This document shows positions 26,656 to 39,450 of a stretch of 64,000 bases of DNA, one piece after another; positions within the stretch are counted from its first letter, which is position 1, and every line of letters starts with the position of its first letter. The translations under genes and the position numbers were made by a program. The DNA is from Octopus vulgaris (taxonomy: Eukaryota). The notes beneath the pieces are model-generated. The model saw only the letters and a program-made list of their open reading frames with translations, had not been told where the DNA came from and ran no database searches. The stretch covers positions 29,760,001-29,824,000 of the forward strand of contig OX597817.1 in NCBI GenBank assembly GCA_951406725.2, written 5' to 3'.

Positions 26656-26785
26656 TATATATATCTCATATCACAAATAAATGGTTTAGTGAAGCTGACA
26701 ATCTTTAGGTGTTTCTGGATGGTTAACTTAAGTCTTCCATAAGGCAATTGCTAGATGGATATAGATATAAGCAAATCACTGTGCA

Positions 26786-27090
26786 GTGGAAGCACATGGC
26801 CTAGTGGTTAAAGCAGCAGACTCATGGTCAAGGGATCACGGGTTTGAATCTTAAACCGGGCAATGTGTGTGTTTATGAGCGAAACACCTAAGCTCCACGC
26901 GGCTCTGGCAGAAGGTAATGGCGAACTTCTGCTGACTCTTTCGTCACAACTTTCACTCTTTCCTCCTCCTGCATCTTGCAGCTCACCTGTGATGGACTGG
27001 CGTCCCGTGCAGGTGGGGAACCTATACATCCAAGGAAACTGGGAAACCGGCTCTATGAGCCAAGCGAGGCTCAAGAAGGAACAAACAACA
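26786..27090 (+). mobile_element. tRNA-derived SINE, family B
   Basis: Homologous to 15201-15495; flanked by a CAAATCACTGTGCA direct repeat (probable TSD). Confidence 0.85.
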
Positions 27091-27679
27091 AATCACTGTG
27101 CATGATTTTCTGGGACATGGAAGTCAAGAAAGGATAATGAGCAGTTATTTGCTACCACTGCTGATGACTGACCAACAAGAGAGTAGTGTTAATGGTTCTG
27201 GGATTCATGTATGAAACACCCATGTAACTGGGTCATCAGACACTGGCTGATGACATCAATTTTTCTAGATGAATGTGACATTCACAAAATGTGAATAAGA
27301 AAGATCTCTTTTTAGATGTAATGAAAGTCATCTGATAAATAATGTATGTGTATACACACACACACACACACACACACACATGACTCATACTCCACAGCAG
27401 AAGTGATGAGGCCACTCACCCTAGCGAAGACCACTGGCCTACAAGAGTCCAGTGCCAGTGCCAGCCTGGAGTCTGGTGCAGCTGCCTGACTAGCCAGCTC
27501 TGGTGTCAAACTGTCCATCTCATGCCTGCATGGACAAAAGATGTCAAATGACGATGATGATGATAATTATGTGTTTGTGTGTGTGTAAAATATTAAAAGA
27601 AAAACTGCAACCCTTAAGACTTGTGGATTTTATTATGACATTATCTCTTTACTTTCTTAGGCAATTGAGTGGTATTCTA

Positions 27680-27735
<56 letters not shown>

Positions 27736-27738
27736 GTA

Positions 27739-27903
27739 GGTGTAGTAGTGGCTGTGTGGTAAGTAGCTTGCTTCCCAATGACATAGTTCCGGGTTCAGTC
27801 CCATTGTGTGGCACCTTGGCCAAGCGTCTTCTACTATAGCCTCGGGCTGACCAAAGCCTTGTGAGTGGATTTGGTAGAGAGAAACTGAAAGAAGCCCGTC
27901 GTA

Positions 27904-27944
<41 letters not shown>

Positions 27945-28138
27945 GTGTGTGTATATGTTTGTGCGTCTATGTTGGTCCCCCCCCCCCCAACATCACTTGA
28001 CAACCGATGCTGGTGTGTTTATGTCTCGGCAAAGAGACCACTAGAATAAGTACTAGGCTTACAAAGAATAAGTCCTGCTCGACAAAAGGCAGTGCTCTAG
28101 CATGGCCACAGTCCAATGACTGAAACAAGTAAAAGAAT
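27739..28138 (+). mobile_element. SINE family A
   Basis: Match to other copies, with small deletions. Confidence 0.9.
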
Positions 28139-28626
28139 ATATATATATATATGTATATATATATACATATATATGAGAAATGAGAGGATACATGTTTATT
28201 CCATTTGTTGATATCTATTTCATAATCTGTGTTAGTTACATAAGCAACACTATATCAGCTACCACACATATTAATCATTATATATGTATAAATATACATG
28301 TTCTGATATGTTAATTACATGTGTGTGTCTGTGTGTGTGTGTGCTTGTTGTGTGTGTGGTGGATGATGTAGTGTCACTAATGTAAGTAACGTAAATTATG
28401 AAATAGCTTTCAATAAATAGAATGAACAACTATACTCTCACTTCTCTTATCTGGTAAGGTTTTTATACAGTCTTTCCACCATTGTGATTCCTGGATTGTC
28501 AAAATAATGGTGAGGTTCTATCCTAGCTGTAACTGCTGTTTTCCTCAATAGCTGCATGCCAAGAGTGGAGCTTACTGGAGCTCTGTTTGCTTAAGTGTGT
28601 GCATATGTACAGCCATATTATATACA

Positions 28627-28953
28627 CTACAAAGTCAGAAAACAGCACAGCTTCCATGACTTTCGGAAACATTTTTTCAAGCTAAGAGTTGCTGAAGCAT
28701 GGAACAAACTGCCGGCATCAGTTGTTAGTTGTTGGAGCACTGCATCCTTCAAAACTTCCATGCTTCCTGAGATTTGCCAACACTACACCTGATTTTCTCC
28801 CTTCCATACACACGCAAGCATGTATCTGACTCATACACTGTTCACTTTCCAGACATTTGTACATTACTGCATATGCTTTATATGCACTTTTGACAAGTTG
28901 TGGTGCACCTGAGCACTGTATACAATAATTTCATTATTATTATTATTATTATT
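28627..28953 (+). mobile_element. CR1-like LINE 3' end with (ATT)n tail
   Basis: YKVRKQHSFHDFRKHFFKLRVAEAWNKLPASVVSC..SFK; UTR shared with 26600-26655; ATT repeats at 28933-28953. Confidence 0.8.
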
Positions 28954-29588
28954 CTATGTTTGACTTTTGTTTTATATTTGTACAAGTTGGCTCCAAGTCT
29001 CACCCAGAGACCTCAAGAGACAACAGGTTGGAAGTTCACGTTGTTGTTATGCCTAGTGTGCCATATATTTGGTTCTTTTTTTTTTGTTGTACTAGTAGAT
29101 GTCTAAAAAAAAAATGTTTGTTTTATGTTTCTTTTATTATTATTGTTGTTGTTGTTGTTGTTGTTATTATTATGCACAATAACACATTTACATACATATA
29201 TATATTTCCCTAACACTATTTTGTATTACATACATACAAATATATTCTATTATCCTTATTTTGTGACTACATTCCTTTACTGACAGAGGTTGGACATGTC
29301 TTCCTTAGTTCTCACCATTTGTCTCAATTGTTCAGATTTTCATTCTCTCACCTTTCCCTTGTTTCTCTTGTCACTTCCATATGATTTTTCTCCTCAGTTG
29401 TTTGGCACATATTTCTCTTACTTTGAAATTCCATACATATAACATTCGTGTGAAAGATTGCATACTGCATCTATTTCTGCTTACACATAGTACTTTTCTT
29501 AGTTCATTTGTGCTATATCATACTGTACAAAGACATTATATATCCAACAAAGCATGATTACTTCCTTTCTTCCAAGCTTTTTCACATC

Positions 29589-30036
29589 CACATCATGGTA
29601 TATATACAGAAATAGTCAAAAGTATAAATACTCATGAAATGATACTTTTAAAGGCTTAGAATGCACCCCAGAAATAGTATGCATGTAACACAAAATAGTG
29701 TTAAGGAAATATATATGTATGTAAATATGTTCTCGTGCATGAGTGTATGCATGGTGCACCTACTATGCATTGGTGCACCTAATTTGCAAGAACCCAACTT
29801 TTCAATCAGAAATAAAACCCCTATTTGGCCAACAGAATTAATTGCTCCCTGAAGTTTTTCCTGCACCTCATTTTATTCTAGCTGTTGTTGTTCGGGAAGA
29901 ACACCTTCATTGCTAATTAAGTCACTTAGATGACAGAATCTTACCCACTATTTCTGGGGTGCATTCTAAGCCTTTAAAAGTATTATTTCATGGATATTTA
30001 TACTTTTGACTATTTCTGTGCATATACCATGAAGTG
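29589..30036. mobile_element. MITE with ~90-bp terminal inverted repeats
   Basis: 29589-29678 is the reverse complement of 29947-30036 with few mismatches; CAC...GTG ends; no clear TSD. Confidence 0.8.
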
Positions 30037-30850
30037 AAGTCTCTCTTTTCTCCTTTTTTAGCTGTTCTGTGATCACTCTGTATCATTGTGCACTCATATT
30101 ACACTTTACAATTAACACACTTTACAAATACCTATCACCTCCCTTACTGTGTACTGAGCCAGACCACTTTTCTCATAAAAGTAGATCCTAGTTTGTCGCT
30201 AAAATTTTTGTCTTTACTAGGTTTAATTTGTTTTTTACTAGTTTTGCTGCCAAGTCTGGAATTTCTTTCCTATGTCTTCAGCTTTTCCTCGGAAATGGAA
30301 CAGATGAGTTACTATAAAAAAAAAGCTAGTTTTAAATTCCTTTGTTGAGATCTGAAAACCTATAATAAGATGGAAATGACTGAAAATTGAACTGCCCATA
30401 ACTGGATGAGTTTTTACAAACCATTCACCTACACATGGATTTCTTTGTAGCTGTTAGACTTTTAAGTCTGGTATTCTGTTGAAGGCCTTTCGGTTGATGA
30501 ATTCCTGATATAGTGGCTCACTATCAGAACCTCTATAGTTTCCCACAGTATATCAGTAGTACCCCATTGAAGCACAAATTTACTTCATCACATTTACACA
30601 AATTACATTCCTAATCAGTTGTGCTATAACTCTTCGTACACTAAACCATCAATTTTAGGCCTCTGCAGCATCTTTCTTGAAAATTTATTACTCTATTAGC
30701 AATTAATGGTGATCATATTCCTATGCTGGTCATTTGGTATAAATACTCCTCGTATTACCTGACTGAGTGTCCAGTGCATGTCCTACATCACCTGGTATCT
30801 TTTACAGCCCTGTAAGCTATTCCTAAATGTTCAGCTACTTTTCCTACCTT

Positions 30851-31145
30851 CATATCATCATCATCATCATCATCGTTTAACGTCCGTTCTCCATGCTAGC
30901 ATGGGTTGGACGGTTCGACCGGGGATCTGGGAAGCTAGAAGGCTGCACCAGGCTCCAGTCTTATCTGGCAATGTTTCTACAGCTGGATGCCCTTCCTAAC
31001 GCCAACCACTCCGTGAGTGTAGTGGGTGCTTTTTACGTGCCACCTGCACAGGTGCCAGGCGAGGCTGGCATCGGCCACGGTCGGATTGGTGCATTTTACG
31101 TGCCACCGGCATGGAAGCCAGTCGAGGCGGCACTGGCTTCGGCGT
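30851..31145 (-). mobile_element. SINE family D ((GAT)n tail, internal ~50-bp tandem units)
   Basis: Minus strand GTTGGCGTTAGGAAGGGCATCCAGCTGTAGAAAC; copies at 35981, 36420, 46721 and 51880. Confidence 0.8.
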
Positions 31146-32892
31146 CAACATAAATAGTTGGTTCCTCTGCTTTCAATTATGTAGAGGATCTGTCTGGTTT
31201 AACAATAACCGTTTTATCAGCAGGAATCCAAAGACGCAGTTTTCAATCAACGGATAATATTGTTAATAGTAATATTGAATAAAATCTCCAGGCATTCACA
31301 ACTATTTTATGCTGTTTGCAAAGATACATTTATAAACAAAAGCACTCATATTCACACATGCTAATGCACACATACACATGCATACACAGGCATGCATAAA
31401 TATGTGTACTCATGCAAAAACACACACAAACATATGCACACACTCTCACACACATTCACACACACTAACACAAACATACACGTTCATATATATTTTATCA
31501 TATCAGATTTATGAATAACAATAAATAGATGAAATTATTCATTGAGATTAACAACTTTTAATTATTTTTCACTTAATTAGAGGAGAAATGCACTGAGTAT
31601 TGCATATATAAGCAATAATATTTGTAACAGCATTGCAATGTGTCACTGTTCTAATTTGCAGAGCATCAAAGAATTCTTGATTTTGCCCCAAAGTTCTCTC
31701 CAATAAGAGCAAAAGTAACATAAATATATAATGTTCGAACTGTTAATATTCACAAATTCTAGACTTTTCTGACAGGCTGCTGACTAAATTGAATAACTTG
31801 ATTACTGTTAGAGTGAATTAGTGATCAGCCATGAAAATTGTTAGAATTTTAGCAGCTTAGCAGAATAGGGAGTTATGTATTAATAAATATTCAGATAACT
31901 ATTTCTGTCAATAATTACTTCATTTACAGCTTTACTGAAGACAATTAGACACAATTGAATCTATGATATTATGCCTCCAATTTTTGTTCTTTCATTATTT
32001 TTGTTTTGTTTTAGTTTGATTTATTGTTTGTTTGCTCTACTTATAAATAAATATTAATAAAAATGAATAACATTGGAAATCATACAGAATATTCAGCAGT
32101 GAAATGTACTCTTTGTTTCTCTGAGAAAAGCCAAAAAGATTTAGTAGTTGTATATGAACGTACCAAAATAAGCTAAAATCTAATTGTGGTATACATATAT
32201 ATATATATATATCTAAATATGTCAGTTATTTAAACTTTATTGTTTTTGCTTCAAACTAAAAGATTGTGGAAGATAAAGATAAATTGGTCGAAAGAAATAT
32301 AATGACATAAAAATTGTAGTCTTGGATAGTCTATAACTGTCTTATAGTGTTATGTTAATTACTAACAGCAAGAATTATTATGTGAGCTTACAAGATCCGT
32401 GTTCATGCGTACTTGCTTATTGTGACGTTTTCCATTTATATGAAAAAGATGGATAAACTACTCCATTAGCGAACAACTTCTGAAGTGTGATATATGCCTA
32501 TGGGTAGATATCGACTCCTTAAAATTACAAATTACAACACTTTCCATACTTTAGAAACAACTATAATCAAATATATCATTATTAAGAATCAAACCTCTTG
32601 TGTTAAAGCATAATTCTGCAAAGGCCTTTGGTAAATCTATTATTTAGTTTCAAAGATATGTTAGATTGATGAAGCCAAATGATAAATTGGATTTGTTTGT
32701 ATTAAAGCTGGGAGATACAGCAGCATTCCAATTTAAAAGTATGGGTTGAAATTACATGAGCAGATAACCGAAAACAGCATTACTATTCAAGAGAAAATAT
32801 TGTTCTATCTCATCAGAAGTTATTGGGAACAAAAACATATTCAGTGAATGAATACGACAATATACATTGAAACAATTGTTTACACGACCTAT

Positions 32893-33289
32893 TACTCTTT
32901 TACTTGTTTCAGTCATTTGACTGTGGCCATGCTGGAGCACCGCCTTTAGTCGAGCAAATCGACCCCAGGATTTATTTTTTGTAAGCCTAATACTTATTTT
33001 ATATATCCCGTTTGCCGAACTGCTAAGTTACGGGGGCGTAAACACACCAGCATCGGTTGTCAAGCGATGTTGGGAGGGGGGACAAACACACATATATATA
33101 CATATATACACATATACATATATACGATGGGATTCTTTCAGTTTCCATCTACCAAATTCACTCACAAGACTTTGGTCGGCCCGAGGCTATAGTAGAAGAC
33201 ACTTGCCCAAAGTGCCACGCAGTGGGACTGAACCCGGAACCATGTGGTTGGTAAGCAAGCTACTTACCACACAGCCACTCCTACACCTG
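32893..33289 (-). mobile_element. SINE family A
   Basis: Full-length match. Confidence 0.9.
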
Positions 33290-33593
33290 TGAAAACTTAA
33301 TCAGTTGCCTCTGATGAATATCAAAATATTGTAAGTTTCTGATATCATTTTTGAAAGAGGCTGTTAAAGCTCCTTTCTGTCAATAACCAAACAAGAAAAC
33401 TGATAAAAATTCAGTTTGCTGTAGCATTGTTTTGTTTGATAAAGTTGAGTAAACCTTTACTTTGCAGGATGGTATTTCACCAGTTCTTGTGGAAGGATCC
33501 ACTATTAGCGTCATGGAAGACACAACTATAAATACCCTCAGCCCTATGTTCTATATCAGGGACTTGTTTTTTGGTAGCCCTTACATTTTGTGT

Positions 33594-33895
33594 GAAGGTA
33601 CATGACTCAGTGGTTAGAGTGTTGAGCTCAGAATCATGGGGTAGTGATTCCCTGACCAGACTGTGTGTTGTGTTCTTGAGCAAGACACTTTAGCTCACAT
33701 TACTCCAGTTCTCTCAGCTGTAGAAATGAGTTGCAATGTCACTGGTGTCAAGCTGTATAAGCCTTTGCCTTTTCTTTGGATAATATCTGCTGGCCTTCCA
33801 CAAAAACAACCTTGCTTGGACTTGTGCCTTGGAGGAGGAACTTTGTAGGTGCAATCCTATGGTCATTCATGACTGAAGGGGGACTTTACCCTTTT
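33594..33895 (+). mobile_element. Old tRNA/CORE-like SINE
   Basis: TGACTCAGTGGTTAGAG head; TTCTTGAGCAAGACACTTT CORE-like motif. Confidence 0.65.
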
Positions 33896-33964
33896 TTACA
33901 TGGTTGTAGGAAATGCTCTGTTTTTGATATAAACAATGTCTTAAATGTAAAATAACTGATATTT

Positions 33965-34495
33965 TGCATCGGTATGTTAGAAAGAGAGGCAATGGTCAGC
34001 ATGAGTAAGGTCTGAAAGAGTAGAGACATCAGACTTGCTACCAAATGCAGATTGGTGAATGCAATCTTCTTCCCAATAGCAACATATGGATGTGAGACCT
34101 GGACACTAAAGTAAGTTGACCAGAAGAGAATTAATGCATTCGAGCTTTGGTGTTGGAGAAGACTTTTACGGATTCCATGGACAGCGAGGCTCACCAATGG
34201 TGAAGTTCTTAACCAGATCAAGCCGAAACTGTCACTAGAAGCTAGGATCACCAAGCATAGATTGACATATTTTGGTCATATTATGTGGCGAAAATCCCTG
34301 GAGAAGGACATCATGCTTGGAATGGTCAGTGGCAAGAGAGGAAGAGGCTGACCAAGAACCTGCTGGCTTGACACCATCAAGAGTGACACGGGAATGGACA
34401 GCAAATCTGAAAGAAGTGACACAGGATAGAACTGGCTGGAGGACATTGATCCATCGAGTAACCGAGAGTTGACTTCGACTGAGCAGATAGATAGT
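33965..34495 (+). mobile_element. RTE (BovB-like) LINE 3' fragment, pseudogenised
   Basis: TKCRLVNAIFFPIATYGCETWTLK*VDQKRINAFELWCWRRLLRIPWTARLTNGEVL..LTYFGHIM..SLEKDIMLG..GKRGRG..WLD. Confidence 0.9.
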
Positions 34496-34724
34496 AGGTG
34501 TTAGAAGCTATTTGCTAAGGTGTATCAAAGACCAACAGTACCTGCTAAAACCCTAAGTGAGCATTCCTTTTTGCCACAGTAAATGGACACAGTCAATTGT
34601 AGTTTATTGATAGTATCTTGAACTGAACTGTCTTTGTTTCATGAAGATATAAAGAGCTTGATATTAAACCATACTTCAAATTATCTCATAAAGCACAATC
34701 TATTCATGGAATCAAACTTCAGAT

Positions 34725-35252
34725 AACTGGCGTCTGAAAGGATTGGAGACAAACACTTTCCTCTCTGGTCAATCTCTCATCAACTTCTTCAAGTATCACT
34801 TGAAAAGGAAAGTGAGAGTAGAGAGGCAAGTTTTGTCTAGCGAATGTTTCAAAAAATGATGGGTGAATGTAGCAAGGATGGCACATATGAATGACGAAGC
34901 CACCTTGAGCATAATCCTATGAACCTGGAAAAATTTAAAACAGAGGGTTCCTTACTTGCAAACAAATGTGTTAGCATGTGACATTATTGACCGAGGTTAC
35001 TGTGGTCTTTTCTGTAGGCTTTTTTTTCCATGGATAAGCCTTATCTGCTTCCCCCTTTACACTTTACATCATGACATTTCTGTGATACACGATCCCTATT
35101 GATCGGTTTTTTTCTTCTTTTCCCTTTTACAATCCCTTTTGATCGAAAACCTACACCACTTTTTTCTTTTTTTTTTCTCCCCAAAAAGAAAAGCTCTACT
35201 TTGTAATCTGTCCCATCTGTGTGCAGCCCTGTGTGGCTAATAAAGAAACATA
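34725..35252 (+). mobile_element. Tx1/L1-like LINE 3' end (ORF2 C-terminus + 3' UTR)
   Basis: LINFFKYHLKRKVRVERQVLSSECFKK*WVNVARMA, then a UTR ending AATAAAGAAACATA; UTR repeated four times in the window. Confidence 0.6.
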
Positions 35253-35980
35253 TAACTGGAAAGATGATTTGTATGATTTGTAATACTAAAAAAGAAAATG
35301 GCAACCAGAAATTTTGTTGTCTTGAATATGTGATGCTAAATATGTGATTCTGCCACCTTAGGAATACTTCCATTTGTTGTTCACACTGTAGGGCTTATTC
35401 TCTTAGTTTGTCACTGTATGAAATACTGCTTTATCACAATGCAATAAAATTCATATTTGAATTTAAAGGTAAACTCTTTCCTTTAACTGCATCCATTACA
35501 TGTGTTAATCTAAAAGATAATAACATGTTTAGAAAATCTTCAAAACTTAGAATATGCTCAGGAATTTTTGTGGAAGTAATGCCGTTATATTGCTCCAAAT
35601 GGGATTTTTCTTTAGGCAATGTAAATTTATTAAATTTGAAATTAAGGATCTTCAGTTTTAGGAAATAATTATATCCTCAAACTGTAGTCAGCAAAAGTGA
35701 TGGACTCTGCAGATACACATAGCTAAATGCATTTCTCACCCACTCATTAGTGACTCATGAAGCTGAATTCATAGAAATTCTCAATACCCCTCAGTTGAAC
35801 TTGTTTTACATTCTGTCTATTTCTTTAGTCATCCCAGAGTAACATTTAATAGCCTTTGATGCAAATAAGGAATCGTGACATTTTACGTGAATGTCTCTTA
35901 GATAGGCAATGTTTATCAGGAGCAATGAGAGAAATTATCAAAGACTTAAATGGAGGAGTTCATTATTCTGATGCTCTGTG

Positions 35981-36500
35981 ATCATCATCATCATCATCAT
36001 CATCATCATCGTTTAACATCCGTTTTCCATGCTAGCATGGGTTGGATAGTTCGGCCAGGATCTGGGAAGCCAGGAGGCTGCACCAGGCTCCAGTCTGATC
36101 TGGCAGTGTTTCTACAGCTGGATGCCCTTCCTAACGCCAACCACTCTGTGAGTGTAGTGGGTGCTTTTTACATGCCACCAGCACAGGTACCAGGCAAGGC
36201 TGGGACCAGCCGCAATCGGTTGGTGCTTTTTATGTGCCACCGGCATGGAAGCCAGTCAAGGCAGTGCTGGCATCAGCCACATTTGGATGGTGCTTCTTAC
36301 GTGCCACCGACACAGGTTTCACAACTACAATTCCCATTTGATTTTCTGATGTTGATGTACTCGATAGGTCTCCTCAAGCACAGGGTCTCCTCAAGCACAG
36401 TGTGTGTATATATATATAATCATCATCATCCTCATCATCATCATTTAATGTCCGCTTTCCATGCTAGCTTGGGTTGGACGATTTGACTGAGGACTGCAAA
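35981..36500 (-). mobile_element. SINE family D copy plus a second tail fragment (36420-36500)
   Basis: Homology to 30851-31145. Confidence 0.8.
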
Positions 36501-36701
36501 AATAGAATCATCCAAGTTGAAGATTTGCATACCTTCTTGTACATGGCTAAGACATTGATCTCTCACTGAAATGTAAAAAAAAAATATGAAGTCACTGTAA
36601 CTGATTTGTTGTTTCTAGGCTATATTTTTAGAGAAAGCAAGATAAAGTCAGACTGTGACAATAGTGCAGCCCCTATATGTGTTTCTTCTTGAAAATTTGA
36701 G

Positions 36702-37133
36702 TACTTACTCTTTTACCCTTACTCTTTTACTTGTTTCAGTCATTTGACTGCGGCCATGCTAGAGCACCATCTTTTTTTCGTCGAGCAAATCGACCCCAAG
36801 ACTTATTCTTTGTAAGCCTAGTACTTAGTCAATCAGTCTCTTTTGCTAAACCGCTAAGTTACGGGGACGTAAACATACCAGTATCAGTTGTCAAACGATG
36901 TTGGGGGGGGGGGGGACAAACACAGGCATACAAATACACACACACATATATATACACATGTACATATATACGACGGGCTTCTTTCAGTTTCCATCTACCA
37001 AATCCACTCACAAGGCTCTGGTCGGCCCGAGACTATAGTAGAAGACACTTGCCCAAGGTGCCACGCAACGGGACTGAACCTGGAACCATGTGGTTGGTAA
37101 GCAAGCTACTTACCACACAGCCACTCCTACGCC
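36702..37133 (-). mobile_element. SINE family A
   Basis: Full-length match. Confidence 0.9.
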
Positions 37134-37755
37134 TATATAGGATTAATTGTATATTAATAAGATTAATTGTATATTATATAAAATGAAGAAAAATTTGCTA
37201 AAACTGCAACACTTTTGTTTGAAGTTAAACAATATCAATGTTTTCTATTATTCGTCAAATACTTAATGCAATTACAAAAATGACTGAGATTGTTCCAGCA
37301 GCTTCATTATCAGTTCAGACACCAGGTTCATTACCTGAACATAAAACAGATGTGACTATATCATCAATTGGTCAGTCTTAATATGCAAAGTAGCCAACCA
37401 ATTTGTTCTGTTCACATAGATCATATAAAGTGAATAATAATACCCTTGCAATAGTAAATAAAGTTGTAAAAAATCTGATGTTACCTATCAGCACAAAAAT
37501 TCTAAGTAGCTACAGACCAAGATACATTGGCTTTCAAATTTGAAAACTGATCTAAGTCTACAATTAAAAATGCTAAACTGTACCATTAGAAATATCATAT
37601 GAAATATAATACTATCCAAAAAGAGGGAATCTAGTTGTAGATGCTTTAAAGGAGAATCTCTGCATTTGCTAAAAATAATTAATATTGAACTACATATATA
37701 TATATGTATGGTATGCTCCTGCTTTCAGTGTTTTCAAATCCAAACCAGGGAGTTC

Positions 37756-37808
37756 TGAGCTGATGATAGAAGTGTCGAGTTTGACTAATCTTGAAACGTA
37801 CGTTCTCA
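37756..37808 (+). ncRNA. Type I hammerhead ribozyme motif, copy 1
   Basis: TGAG-CTGATGA-[TAGA..GTC GAGTTT GAC..TCTT]-GAAA-CGTACG-TT-CTCA: canonical core, palindromic ACGTACGT stem III, predicted cleavage after 37804. Confidence 0.8.
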
Positions 37809-38314
37809 AATAACCTTTGCATTTGATTTTTTAATGTTTCTACCCTCATACTTTCGTGAGTTGAATTGAACAAGCACTATTTGAGAGAGATTTTCTTTAA
37901 GTATTGGAAATAGTTTTTAAAAAGTTTTTTTGGCTGCTATTTCTAATGAGTTCAGTATGCGACAAAGTAATTTATTTTACTAAGCCCTTTTATATAATGT
38001 AATAATTTGAATTCGCCTTAAATGGTCCCTTTGCATACTGAACACTTGGTGAAATTGATTAATTAATTAATTTTACCCTCAATTGTTGAAATTATAATTC
38101 ATCTTTCTCTATTTAATGCCTCGGATTTTACCGAAAAAAAAGCATGTTCTTTGTTGATTTTAACCCACGCTGGTGGAAGGGGAGAGCAGAAATCCTTCGC
38201 TTGCATATTTGAATTCGTTGGCACTGTTAGTTGCGAGTAGATCTTCGGAGACGATGGGAAACCGAATAGGTATGCTCCTGCTTTCAGTGTTTTCAAATCC
38301 AAACCAGGGAGTTC

Positions 38315-38367
38315 TGAGCTGATGATAGAAGTGTCGAGTTTGACTAATCTTGAAACGTACGTTCTCA
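38315..38367 (+). ncRNA. Type I hammerhead ribozyme motif, copy 2
   Basis: Identical to copy 1; predicted cleavage after 38363. Confidence 0.8.
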
Positions 38368-38568
38368 AATAACCTTTGCATTTGATTTTTTAATGTTTCT
38401 ACCCTCATACTTTCGTGAGTTGAATTGAACAAGCACTATTTGAGAGAGATTTTCTTTAAGTATTGGAAATAGTTTTTAAAAAAGATTTTTTTGGCTGCTA
38501 TTTCTAATGAGTTCAGTATGCGGCAAAGTAATTTATTTTACTAAGCCCTTTTATATAATATATATATA

Positions 38569-38930
38569 TATATAACGGGAAGCTTTATGAAAATAAACAA
38601 AAGACGAAGGCAGGTGGAAAACAAACGAACAATTGTATTAGTATGGCGCTCAGGAAATATAAATAAAACAAGTCTTTAACGTTTCGAGCCTACACTCTTC
38701 AACAGAAAGATACACAGAGAGAAAAAAAACACAGAAAGAAGGAAGAAAAAAATGCGTGCTGTAGCTAACGAATCAACATGGCGATCTGATTTCGGCCAGA
38801 GGTCAAAGATCAAACATGAGACGCGAGAGCGAAATAAGGGGAGATAATAGGGTTGAGGGACCAGCTAATAGTGCGTAGGAGGGGTCTGGATGTGTGTATG
38901 TATAGGGTTGGTGTATGTATTAGTATGTAT

Positions 38931-38969
<39 letters not shown>

Positions 38970-39450
38970 TATTAGTGCGTAGGATTGGTCTGGACGTGCG
39001 TATGTATGGGGTTGGTGTATGTATTAGTATGTATTAGTATGTATTAGTACGTATTAATATGTATAAGTGTGTGTGTGTGTGTATGAGAGAGTATAAGTGC
39101 GTATGCGGGGTCTGGACGTGTGTATGTATAGGGTTGGTGTATGTATTAGTATGTACTAGTATGTATTAGTACGTATTAGTATGTATTAGTTGGTGTATGT
39201 ATTAGTATGGCACATCATATGTGATGTGATGTGTAAAGTCATGTGGTGTAGTGAGGAGAAGAGGGGGAGGAGAGAAGGGGAGGGGAAGAAGAGGGGGGAG
39301 AGGATGGGGGAGAAGGAGGGGGAGGAGGGGGGATGAAGGAGGAGAGGGGGAGAGAGAAGGGGAGAGAGGGAGTGAGGGAGCAGAAGGAAGGGGAAGAGGG
39401 AGGGAGAAAGAGGGAAGAAGGGGAGTAGGGGTGAAAGGATGAAGGACTGA
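38569..39450 (-). repeat. 3' pseudo-LTR of the PLE
   Basis: Near-identical to 43021-43915; contains (GTATGTATTA)n and a purine-rich tract. Confidence 0.9.
38673..38710 (-). ncRNA. Minimal hammerhead-like motif in the 3' pseudo-LTR (CTGTTGA core variant)
   Basis: TCTTT-CTGTTGA-A-GAGT GTAG GCTC-GAAA-CG-TT-AAAGA. Confidence 0.6.

Larger units (their letters stand above)
37710..38559 (+). mobile_element. Non-coding hammerhead-bearing partial tandem (559-bp period); retrozyme or non-autonomous PLE-like
   Basis: 37710-37998 is almost identical to 38269-38559; each copy contains a hammerhead; TA tracts on both sides. Confidence 0.8.

Noticed and set aside
37280-37381. Short exon-like frame MTEIVPAASLSVQTPGSLPEHKTDVTISSIG with a possible GTCAGT donor
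   Set aside because: No recognisable homology or partner exons; needs RNA-seq.
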